DNA of 49,217 bases, the filler included, from Streblomastix strix (lineage: Eukaryota), in assembly GCA_008636045.1 (NCBI GenBank). It is 3 parts of 3 records of this genome, joined end to end, with 100 filler letters (N's around TTAATTAATTAA, not from the genome) between each part and the next. Parts side by side here need not be neighbours in the genome. Positions count along the whole stretch, not along the records: positions 32,886 to 49,217 come from SNRW01000834.1; 2 more parts are not named here. One strand, given 5' to 3'. The position numbers were made by a program, and so were the translations under genes. Below the pieces are notes generated by a model. It was not told the origin of the DNA. It did not search any database and saw only the letters and a list, made by a program, of their open reading frames with translations. Positions 37,365 to 49,217 of this stretch are shown in pieces; position 1 is the stretch's first letter; each line of letters starts with the position of its first letter.

Positions 37365-39636
37365 TTTTATTGTAAAGTTATTGGATTTAATTTATATTAA
37401 ATGAGATATAATTATATATCTTAACTAAAAATATTTGTATTTGCAGATTAGTTAGCAAATGATTTGATATTTAGTATGTAATGGTTGAATATTAATGATT
37501 TATTAGAAAGTGAATTATTATGATATCAAGATGAAACTTTTTTTATTTTGAAAGTGGGCATTATGATTAAATTAATTGTAGCTGTCACCTGGTTACGATG
37601 TTACGTAAGTACAAATATATTAGTTTTATTTCAGAAAGTTCTAATAGGTACATGTGATGAAGTTCATTTATATTTTTGAAATAAATAGACTTACTGTAAG
37701 TCCAATCATCGTAGATCACATTACTTTCATCAATATGATTATCATATTTTCCTTTTATTATCAATTGAAGAATATATTTTAGAAATCAAGAAGGGAATAT
37801 TTGTAAAAATCATTTGAAAAATATCAGTTTCAACATTATAATAAAAAATAACAAAGGAATTTCAGAAGATCTTTCAAGAGGTAAGAGAAATACTGTCTGA
37901 TAATAAAAGTAAGATCCGGTGAACACGATTATATATTAATACATGAATATGAATTCAGAAAAATCTTTAACTATTAAAAAAAGATGCATTTCAATAATAT
38001 TCATTTTTTCTGTAATACTAAAAAAATCTTTGTCAAGAATACTTAAAGGGCATTATAATAAAAATGTAGATCCATGGGATTATTTTAACAAAAATGGATT
38101 GAAAAATTAAAATTGAAATATTTTCTAATATAACAATATTAATAACTCCAAAATAAAAGAATAGCATAAATAATATTATTAGTAATACCAATATTCAATA
38201 ATTAATTATCAGTATTTCTGCAACGCATTAAAATGATTATTTGTTAAATAATCAAGAGAAACCAGTAAATGTCCAATATTCAAAATTAGGCATTAATTTG
38301 AATGAAAATAGATAATGTGACAATTAATAGAAACTGAAAATTTTCACTTTTAAATAACAAAAGTTGATCTTTAAATAACCGATAAATAAAACAAAATGTT
38401 GAAAGGAAAATAACTTAACTTAATTAACACTAAGTAGTAATTGTAGGCAATTTTAAATAAACAATAAATTTTCCATTTCAAACTGTTAGTATTGTCTATT
38501 TAATATTACTAAATTTCATACGTAAGACAGATATAAATTATATGATTAATATTTCTCATATTTATAAAATAATGATGTTTTTGAAATTACTTATAGTTTA
38601 ACTTACTTATTTGAATTATCTTATTTTTAGATAAAGATAAGTTTATATTTTTTTTTGACTACAAACCCTGCAATTGTGAAGGAGTTACATTAAATTTTCA
38701 CCAATTTAACTAATCTACAATAATTAATAATTAAACAAAAATATAATTGAATTCAGACGTTGAATATCGTGGAAAACCTGTAATAAATGCTAATTTTGGT
38801 AACAACGTAATAACTTCTACAAATTAAGAAAAAAGGGATGATTATTTTTCAAAATTGTTTAAATTTATTTCCACTGTTCAACTATGATTATTTTTGTCGA
38901 TATTTACTAAACCTTGGGAAAATAGGAGAAGTAATCTAAGTGTAGTTTTGTTAGAAAAAATTCAAAAAGACAAGAAAATTTTTATGAATTTTACTTTTTT
39001 GAAATATATTTTTTTATATAAAATATTAAAATTTATTATACATTTCATGAATTTAGTTTAATTGTGTTGATTATTAACTTGTCTAGATATTTAATATTAA
39101 AATTATTAAATTAATAATAGATTTAAATATTTATATACTTTATTGGACAATAATTAATCAAATAATTTTAATATCATCATCTTCATGGAATGGTGACATA
39201 TTATAAACTTATAATGTTTGCGAAGCTCTTAGACCAAATCTATTCATTAATTGCTGTTTAAAATAAATCAAATTTAAATTTAATTTAATAATTAATAAAA
39301 ATTTGAAAGAATTTCAATTAATTTAACGATACTTTTGCATTATTTTTAAAAAATTTTAATAAAATAATTTGAAATTAACAAAATATTGGCAAGTTTAAAT
39401 TAATTGTTAAATAAATATTTAAATTGCTTCCAAAAAGCATTAAAAGACTAATTTTTAGAGAAATTGAATTAAAATTTATCTATTAATTTCTATTTTACTA
39501 AAATTTCGATATTTTCAATTAAAAAAAAGTTGAAAAATAAATTAAAATTACAAATTACTAAGAAATTAATTATGTATTTAATTTTTTAATTAATAGTTTT
39601 TGAATTTTTTTTTTATTTCTTTATGACTACTTCAAA

Positions 39637-39639
<3 letters not shown>

Positions 39640-39723
<84 letters not shown>
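39640..39723. repeat. (TA)n microsatellite
   Basis: Perfect TA run of ~84 nt. Confidence 0.97.
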
Positions 39724-39726
<3 letters not shown>

Positions 39727-39748
39727 ATAAATCTTTTAATATTTAAAT

Positions 39749-41863
39749 AAAAATTATTTTGAGTAAAAATTTGAACTTACTACAAAAATATATGTTCCAC
39801 TCTCAAAAATGGAAAAATTTAGTGCAGCAACTATTTTTAATCTCAAATTTCAAGTTTAATATAAAATTTTTAAATAAATATTTTAAATATTTTATTTTGA
39901 AAGATATAAATATTAATTAAATTTTTTTTAATTTCTTTTTTAAAATTAATTTGTCTGCATAACTTATTTTTAAGTAAGTAAGTGAAATCAATCTTCTTAT
40001 AAATATTCAAGTTATAGGATTGATTTGTTAGATACAAATATGACTATATTCTGTTCAAATGTAATTATAAATGAAATATTTAACTGAAAGGATGAAAATG
40101 CTTAAGTAATTTCTACTAATAGTTCAATATAATCAAATAATGATTACAATTATAAATTGCTTTAATATTATTTTTAAAATCCAAATAATTTTGGCTTAAT
40201 TTTATTTTATATGAATAAAATGAGAAACTACAATTCATCAACTGTCAAGAATTGAATGAAACAGATGATCAATAAATGTTTTCATCGATTAATTAATAGA
40301 ACTAATTCAAACAAGAATCGCCATTTTCAAATTCACCGATGGAAAAAGATATTGAAGATACCAAATAAATTGAAAGAAAATCAAATAGTTCAATTCATGG
40401 AACCCAGATCCTTCAAGATATTTAATCAAAGTAGCCTCCCAATTTAGCTGTTACAGGTAAATCAATTCGTAATCAAATCATAACTGGTAAATCTGGTATT
40501 AATTCACCAACAGCTACATTTCCTACAAGTACAATTGATGATCTTGAATAAGAACTAGAAGTTCAATTGATACACCAAACGTTGAATGATGAAGAATTAA
40601 TGTTATCATAATACTTTGCAAATGAAACTGTTCTTTTTTGAGCTGGAAAATATAGAGATATGGATGATGAGATGCTCATTTATAACTAAATCGGATATTT
40701 GCAGGGTCAAAATAAATCAAATCCAATGATGAAAATTTTCGTCGATTTTACAGATAGTTCTCTTGCATTTCCTTCTTCAGAAGCTGGAATTGAGAGAAAG
40801 TTCATACAAGCAAAAAGATTCATAGGGATTGGTGGATAACGTGTATCTTTGCAAATTCTTATCTGTGAGTTGGCGTGATTGATTTTAATAGGCATATTTT
40901 ACTAGTTTTAAATCTATAATAAAAATAAATAATTCAATTTAACAATAGAAAAATAAAACATAAAAAAATTTGGCAATCCTTTATTTTTATATTTGTGAAT
41001 AATTGAAACTGCTCGAAGATAGTCTTTAGTATTTATGTCAATTTAGTCTGATTATCACTATCTGTCTTAAATATACAATTTTAAATAAAATTTAAAGTAT
41101 AAATAGATTTAGATTTTAGAAATTCACAAAATAATTCTTTAAAAAAAAATTAATACCCGATCGTCTTCGAAATGTGTTTAATCAAGTTAACACTTTTTCT
41201 ATAATTGAATTAAAAAAATAAAATATTAATATAATGAACTCTAAATAAATGGAATTTTGTTGTAAATTGCGCAACATGACTTTTTTCTTAAAAATAAAAA
41301 AAATTAAAATTTGAAGATTATAATTAAATTTATAGAATTATTTCAAGTAATTATGTATATTAAATTTTCTTGTTTTAATATTTAATATAATTGTTGAGTT
41401 AAGATAGACTTAATAGGAATTGCTGAAAAAAGTGTTTTTTCTTCAATATTTTACTTATTTGAAGTATTTAATTATTATTTTTATAATTTTTCATGCAATT
41501 AGTGATTTATGGATTATAAATGATGATCCAAATATGTTGAATTGAAAAAAAAAGGAAATTTTTTTTTTATCTTTTCAGGCTTTAATATTTTATGAAATAA
41601 TATCCGTTCAAAATTGTATCATAATAAATTTTTATTTGAATTATGAGAAAGCCCCTAGCTTCCCATGCCGTCACACGATTTTAGGCGGTTTTTGCGACGT
41701 ATACTTATTTTTAATAAAAATATAGTAGTAACAAAAAAGGTTTCAGAGTGGCAAATGCATCTAAGAATTTGTTTAAAATAATCACTGCTCTAAATTTTTC
41801 TATTTCTGAGAGTGGAACATATACTTTTGTAGTAAGTTCAAATTTTTACTCAAAATAATTTTT
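39749..41863. repeat. ~79 bp inverted repeat pair (39749-39827 / 41785-41863) flanking the hAT fragment
   Basis: aattattttgagtaaaaatttgaacttactacaaaa.tatatgttccactctca.aaat.gaaaaatttag.gcag is present in opposite orientations. Confidence 0.85.
40219..40878 (+). pseudogene. hAT-superfamily transposase C-terminal (dimerisation domain) fragment
   Basis: LAFPSSEAGIERKFIQAKRFIG..QRVSLQIL matches the L.IP.SSA..ER.FS motif. Internal TGA at 40639-40641; no N-terminal or catalytic region seen. Confidence 0.7.
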
Positions 41864-42379
41864 CTAAAAAAAATTTTTAAATTAAAATATAAAAGTTAAT
41901 AGTTCAAATTTTTGCTAACATAATTAAACTTATTCAAATAACTATTTTTAATCTCAAATTTCAAGTTTAATTTATAATTTGAAAAGATAGTTTAAATAAT
42001 TCGTGTCAAGTTTTATTCTGCTGCTCGTATGTTTCATGATAAATTTTATTAATTAATTTATTAAAGATCATGCTTAATTAATAATTTTCATAATTGAATG
42101 TTATAATTATAACTAATTGTTATACAATCGTTATTTTTTAATTCTATATTGACCCGTCCTTTTATTAATGAATATTAATTAACATATTCAATATTTTAAT
42201 TTTTGCGCAAACATTTTTTTTCTAATTTTATATATTTTCTATTTCTGTACAGCTAAATTTACGAAAAAAATTAATTTATTAAGTTTTTTTCCTTTTTATT
42301 TCAATAATTTCATGTTTAAAATTATTATATTATATATTTTTGTTTATTTATTATAGCTTCTATTTCTGTAGTAGTTTGT

Positions 42380-45300
42380 ATGAGTTCGCCAAAAGCAAAT
42401 GGAAGCTCAGAAACTACTTCAGGAATTAAATTCGGGCGTATCGAGAGTATTCTGTTTGCAAGTTTGTTCATGATGCAGAAGGGGCATCAGTATCATTTGT
42501 GGAATATTTATGATATTGGAGTACGTTTTTTCATTGCGATGCAATGGATTGGATGGGTAATTCGAAATACAAACTTTCCAATATATGGCAGTCTTGGACA
42601 AACTATTCTTGAAGTCTTCTAATACATGGATTATTCTAAGGCATGGACAACATAACCGTTTCTCATCATCCTCATTTCAATACTTTCAACATTCATGATT
42701 TCAGCTTTCTCTGGCGCAGTTATAATCGGCTTATATACACTAACTGGAAAACGCCTCCCTCGATTTATTTTGACTTTCTTCTTTGTATTTTATCAAATCA
42801 CAGCATCATCATTCTTCATACCTTATTTGGATATATTCTTTGGCCCATACAGATGCATTTTAGGAAATGAAGCATTCTAATGCAATTCAACTTTGATTAA
42901 AGTACTTATGGTTATTGGCCCATTATTTGCTGTAATTATGTTTTTAATTACGCTTTCATTCAACATGTTTATGCACAGCTTTGATATTCGGTAAGGTGGA
43001 ATATTTTCATGTCAGTCAAGTTTTTTTTTCTTAATTAACTAAATTGCAACAACTATTTTCATTCCACTTCTATTATTCATACACGAAAGCTCTCCAAATG
43101 GATATATAAACATCCCACAAGCAACAATCAAAATAATTAAGATCTTTGTACTAGCTCTTGCATTACTAACCACTTTCCTTATGCAGGTACATGCTATATG
43201 GTAGTAACCCTTCTACAGATGGCAAGGCAATGCAATTCATGGGATGGCACTTGGAATATAATGTTATGCTATACTATTTGGTATTGTTCTGGAGTTCATA
43301 GGAATAAAGAATGAAAGACCCATGAGTGAAGGTAGACCAGATAATGTCAGCAAAGCATATATAATAGTTGTATGGTTTTTATTTGGTCTGGGAGTAATAA
43401 TAGTTTGTATAGTATCTTTATTTCTTACTTATTGGAGAGCTAAATTTAAATGGGCTGTGAAATAAGGACAAAATCAGCTTCCTCTTCTTCCTGGGAAGGA
43501 CAAATCAATCACCAATTCAAAAATGCGGCTTAGAAACGCATTCTCACTTCAAAGCGGGAATTAATTCTCATTTCAAAGCCAAAATGCAAACGCTGGTTCA
43601 CTGGAAAGCGCCCGACCAATTCAAATCGACACACACAGATCAAATTTCGCACAAAAACAATTCGGAGGTCGAACTCAACCAACGAAAAGAAAAGAAAGAC
43701 CGCAGTTGAGCTCAATTTTCTCTTTCTACGACAGAAAGAACAACCCACAACCTCATTCATTGACTGCAATCAAATCATACACCCAATCACAGACATTGGT
43801 TCTGAGCGACATTAATCAGACAGCTCTACTCAACTTTGCGTCTCCAAGTCCTCCACATTTAGATTAAACTACAAATCTGTCTGTGTAGTCTAATAATTGT
43901 ATATCAGACAATAACAGTGCTTAAATATTACAACCAGAAGAACAGCTGCATCTGAAACGATTCACAACAGTCAACGATGTTCTGATGTCTATAAGGTATC
44001 TAACTGATGATTTCATCTTCAAAGGAGAAATTCCTCCAAAATTGAAGAACGAACTGACAATTAACAACACCAGTATGCAGATATTTGAGCCAGTAGCCAC
44101 AGTTGATATTCTTAACTTCACTGAGAACCTCCTCCTTCACGCGATCAAGAAATTCCACACATCAACAGAAATCTACATCCTAACAGTGATCTTCTTCCGA
44201 ATGTACAGAAACTAAGCCATAATCGAGAATCAATAAGATACAGCACAGCATTAATCTCTTTATGCACTTCCTTCCATGACTCCAATCAAAAGACATGGAA
44301 CAGCAAACAAGCACAACACAATCTGGAGGGAGCAAGGATCGTCTATAACAAAGATGAATGAATATATGAGAACTGTTATGCAGATACAACCACACATGCA
44401 TGATAGATGGGTAATATTCTGTGTACTACATCAGATGCAGAACAAGAACAACAATGACAAAGCTGAAGTTTTCCAAAAAGAGAAATCAGAACACGAGACT
44501 AACATATTCATACATCAAATAGTGAGCAAAGCACAAACAGGGAACATCTACAGCATCATGCAGCAGAGAATGTTCAATGCCACATATTAAAGTTCACTAA
44601 CAGTCATTCCGAGATATGTACCAGCTGTGTCACATACCCCACCTCTTTAGTTAGTTACAAGGAATGAATCATACAGACAGCCTTATTAATCTCAGACTCA
44701 GAAACTTATGCGGAAGTAGAGCAGCAAACCTTATATATATGATGGGATGAACATTAGTGGCAGTGTTACTAATATATAAAATCAGATGTAAATACAGTAG
44801 AATAAATCGCCGTCTATCGAGAATTAGTTGTTGTAGCAGATCAATTTAACTCATAAATAGAAGTAAGATTAATACTAATTAAAGTCTTCGTTTCTTCCGT
44901 ATAATACCGGCAATAACATTAACAATAGTAGTACTTCAAAATTTGCAACGCTCAATTTTAATTCAAAAGGTAAAATAGGAGATAAATACAGAAATAATGA
45001 ACAGAATTACAATCCTCTTGTTTCCTAATATTCATATTAATAATACTAATAATAATAGTAATCGTAACAGTAATAATAATTATTATTATAACAGCCTTTA
45101 TAACAACAACAGTTTAATTCCATAACACTCACAATTGGCTCAGAAATGTCACATTCAGAAACACAAGCTTTTGCATTTGGAGTCGGAAACATGATCGAAT
45201 TAAGCGAAGATTCGCTCTTTAATGCCAACAACAATTCAATGGGACTTTTAATAGCAAACAATTTCGATGAACAGTCAAACGAGGCCATCAATGAAACTTT

Positions 45301-48300
45301 TCTCCTCACATAGATGCACCTCAAATAAGAACTTGATGTAGCTCAGAATATAACAGAAATAGCGAAGTAGTTCTTCATCCGTGTTTGTCTGCTTCTTTCT
45401 AAAGAGTAGGTTGATTTAGAGAGAGTAATGAAGTTGCTGGTTAAAACTGTGGAATATGGAAGAAAAGCCAGAAAAATGCTGATGGAGCTGGTGGAGTAGA
45501 ATCCGTCGAATCCGTTGGTGCGATGAACTGAATAATATTTATATTTATTTATAATTAATTAGAATATTTGAATGATTTAAATAGATATGAAATGATTTTA
45601 ATTTTTTATTATTTTCATATTCATATATTTATCAGGTTATTCGAGCACTTGGCAATTTAGTTAGAGATGTTGAACATTCGAATGATGAAGCAGAATTATT
45701 GTTTGTTTAAGCAAATACAATTGAGGATGAAGCTGCAAGAGGTTTGGATATTATTTATAAAAACATAAAAATTGTTTCATAATTTATATTTTAATTTAAT
45801 TTTCATTATTTTTCTTTTTAATAATTTGTAAAGGCGATTAAATATACCAAGATTTCAACGATCAGCTCAACAATCCCAATGAAAACTCCAAAGACAACAC
45901 CAACAATCCCATTCAATCATACACACCACATCCACAACAGGCAGAAAACTCACTTCACCTCCACCAATCAGAAAGCACCAACAGCAAATCGCTCCTTTCA
46001 TACCACTCGTAAGGTTCATAACTGTCAAATTAGCATCAGCAGCACGTGCGCCAAATCTAGGAACAATAAATATAGAAGAGATAATAGCACAGGGTCGCTC
46101 AGTAAAGAAGAAGGATGTTGGAATCTGCGAAGTAAAGAAGCAGAATCACCAGAAAGAAGTGGAAGAAATTCAACGAAATTCGGTTCTAATAAGCACATAA
46201 GAATATCACATTAAAGGATAAGAGTAATTTAAAGTCATTCAAAAGTAAGCTTTTGAAAGAAAAAAACGACGATGATTCAGACGACTTTTCAAGCGAGAAA
46301 TTAGCAGAACAGAAACTTCTCCCACATTACACGAAGATCCTCGTCTTCTTCCAAGTGTGGTACTTTGCTATGGCCATAATTGTGTTTATAGTATCACGGA
46401 CAGTAACCAAATATGGTATGGAGGAAGGATATAATGTGCAGCATACTTTCAATCAAGGGAAAGGAATAATGGATTTGATTTGGGCTGTAGTATGCATTCA
46501 TGCATCTGCTGAAAGAGAGAGAGAATTGATGGCTCTTGGATTAATTAAGAATTAAAATTTGAAATTGATTGGATCAGAAATGTAATAAAATGAGAATGAG
46601 AATGAATATGAGTATAGTAATGATATTGATTATGATAAAGATATAGATATAAAGAATTATGAAGGATAGAAGAATGATGAAATTTTATGGATACCACCTC
46701 GCGACCAGCTTCGAAGCTTCATCTTATAAAGAGTGTCTCACATCCAACAAGATCTTCATGACATGTATTCATCACTTATATACCAGGATGAACTACATTT
46801 CTGGGAAAGAATAGGATCAGGACATTAAGGATATGAACAGATTGGAGGCATTAGTAATCTGATGCTTTTGGTTAATGTCTACGATGGCGATGATGAAGAT
46901 TATCATATGAATGTTGTTCTTGAATGGCAAATTCCATCCAGTTTGATGGAGGATATAAAGAAATACACGAGCATCGTCCAGGATTACACTTCAGTTATTA
47001 ATCCGAACGATAAAGACATAACTTTGTATACTAACTACATGTATATTCTTACAAACTACCCGAGAATGACATTTGAATCTATGAAACAGATATCATGCAA
47101 ATATGTGAATAACGCGATCTCATACAAGAATAAGATATATATACTGAATATTGTAATGGGACTAATATCAACTATTTTATTTATAATTTTCCTATCCTTT
47201 GAATATTGGCTCGGGATTAGGAAAGTCACAGCTGAGAGAACTGAATCATTTTTAGTGTATTTATTAACTCCCAAAAGAGTAATCAAGAAGATTCTGCTCC
47301 AATTAAGCGAAGAACAGCTCGATGAAGAAGAAGAGAAAACCCGCAACAATACAACCAATGAAAACAACTAATAAGGAAACATCGAAGATGGGAATAGTCT
47401 ATCCAATAAGAACCAGATGACTCTAAAGAAGAACAAAGAAAGGAGATACACAGTTGATTCCGAGAGATCAGATGAAGACCAGATTCAGGATTATTACACA
47501 GCATCCAGTCATTAGAAGAAGCAGCCACAATCTTCATTGGACAGCAGAACTAGACAAGCACTGAAGAATGGCATGGCAAAGTTGAATTCGACTTTGAAGT
47601 TTAAATAAGTGATACAGGTTAAACCAATATTATAGACAAATTAGATTGGATCAGATGCACCAATATATGATTAAGACTCTTTTAAAGACGATGAAAATAT
47701 CATAGGCGATACATTAAATGGGAACAAAGTCCATCTGTACAACTTCTTCAACTCGACAACAGCGACAAATGTAGGAACAACACTTCACATGCAAACAGAC
47801 ATGTCTTCAGATCAGAGTAGAACACGTTCATTCACTCAGACGCAAACCGATGATTCATTCAATTAAGATTTCAATTCAAGGATTCTCTCTTAGAAACAGT
47901 AGATGCAGATGGTACATATTCAATAGTAACAGCAACTTTAGTAGAATAAAGAATATAATGGATTGAATGATGGACAGTTTGTAGATGTTCTGTCTGCAGA
48001 TAATGCGACAGCTAATGCTAAGCAGATGTATAAGAAAGGATTTCAAAATCCTCGAAGATAATCTTCATTTATGATTAAAAAGAATTTTTTCAATAATGAG
48101 AAGAAAAGCGATGAATAAATGTAAAAATTTGGGATGGATATTAAAAATGAATTGAAATTAATAAAATAATAAAAGTCATTTTTGGCAGATGATTTATAAG
48201 CAGAAAGGAAAAATTCGTATAGGTCGTCAAATAAATTAAGTGATTCGAATTAGTCCACACCAGGTTTAATGATTGACAGAAATTAATAAACAAAAAGCAG

Positions 48301-49217
48301 CGAATTTTTGTTCAATAAACAATCATCTGAACCAAAAACTGAGTAAAACAAAGATGTTGGAACAGACTCCAAATTACAGAAGAAATAAACTGATATCTAG
48401 AAGAGAATAGCATCAATGAAGTAAAAAAGCCAAAGTTTCATGGTTTCTGCCAAACCAAAACTGCAACAGTAGCTTCAATAGATGCATCAGTAGTAATTCA
48501 GTTAGAAAGGACAGCTTCAATTAAAAGATCAGCTCACTCAGAAAATATTACTTCGAAGACTTAATATGCAAATACAACCTTTTAGAAATTTGACTGAGAA
48601 GAAAATCCAAAGATCGCCGTTTATAATCTCAGCTCGAAATCCATCAAACAATCCATTTAAGCAACAACACTCATAGCAAAGAACATATGATGAAAACACA
48701 GCCAATGATTTGTAAGGAAACACTATGAAAGGATCAAAAGCCAGTACATCCAAATAGAACAGGAGGAAGAGGAAGCAGAGAAGACGCGATGGATCTTCTC
48801 CAAGAAAACCCAAAATTCAGACATTTGAAAGATTTAACCCTGGATTGTCAAACAGACAAATAAATGCACTAAACTATATGCCTCACGTGTCACAGAACAC
48901 GATGCCTGATTTGAACTAGGATGAGTTCAGTTAGGAATATACAATAATGTCTTTATAGCAACCCCAATAGTAGATAATGTCAATTCCATTAGAACAGGAT
49001 ATACCAAATATCATAAAAAACAGAAGTTTAATTATTGATTCAATGAAGAAATTGGAGGGATAAGGAGATAAACAGATGCAATAATAAGTGGAAAACGAAG
49101 GACCAGCAAAAGTACCAAAAAGTCTCTTTCATTTCGTAATCGGCTCAAAGACGCAAATAACAGCAGATTAATCACAGCAGTCCACCTTTTCTGTAATTGG
49201 AACTGATCTTTCATCAG
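42380..49217 (+). CDS. Very large multi-pass membrane protein, TmcB/TmcC-like; 3'-truncated by the window
   Basis: Table-6 frame from MSSPKANGSS with many N-terminal TM helices. TPR-like segment NPSNPL|VIRALGNLVRDVEHSNDEAELLF..ANTIEDE. Introns ~45518-45636 and ~45742-45833. Further TM helices at ~46330 and ~47140; frame still open at 49217. Confidence 0.8.

Noticed and set aside
37600..39250. Exon-like patches in the AT-rich region
   Set aside because: No sustained table-6 frame or recognisable motif found.

Overview
AT-rich eukaryotic (protist) DNA, not prokaryotic. Genes are interrupted by short GT-AG introns and read through TAA/TAG as Gln, with TGA as the only stop (translation table 6). 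The supplied standard-code ORF track is therefore mostly fragments or shadow ORFs. Code, intron style and gene families fit an oxymonad such as Streblomastix; this is inference, not a database result. The window is three unrelated contigs joined by two artificial 100-nt N/TTAATTAATTAA linkers (16350-16449, 32786-32885). Contig 1 carries an SH3 + kinase + pseudokinase + SPRY-like + pseudokinase gene, an E/Q/K repeat, a TauE-family transporter, a U-box/ARM-like protein, a GGA-repeat (pectin-lyase-like) surface protein and a ubiquitin-like-domain protein. Contig 2 carries a cyclin 3' end, a large low-complexity protein, an F-box-like/SPRY-like protein and a structurally complete but decayed ~7.6 kb DIRS1-type tyrosine-recombinase retrotransposon. 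That element has ITRs, gag-like ORF, RT-RNaseH-MTase, YR, and an internal complementary region lying inside the YR reading frame. Contig 3 carries decayed Merlin/ISXO2-like and hAT transposase fragments and a very large TmcB-like membrane protein running off the window. All translations were done by hand, so exon boundaries are approximate.
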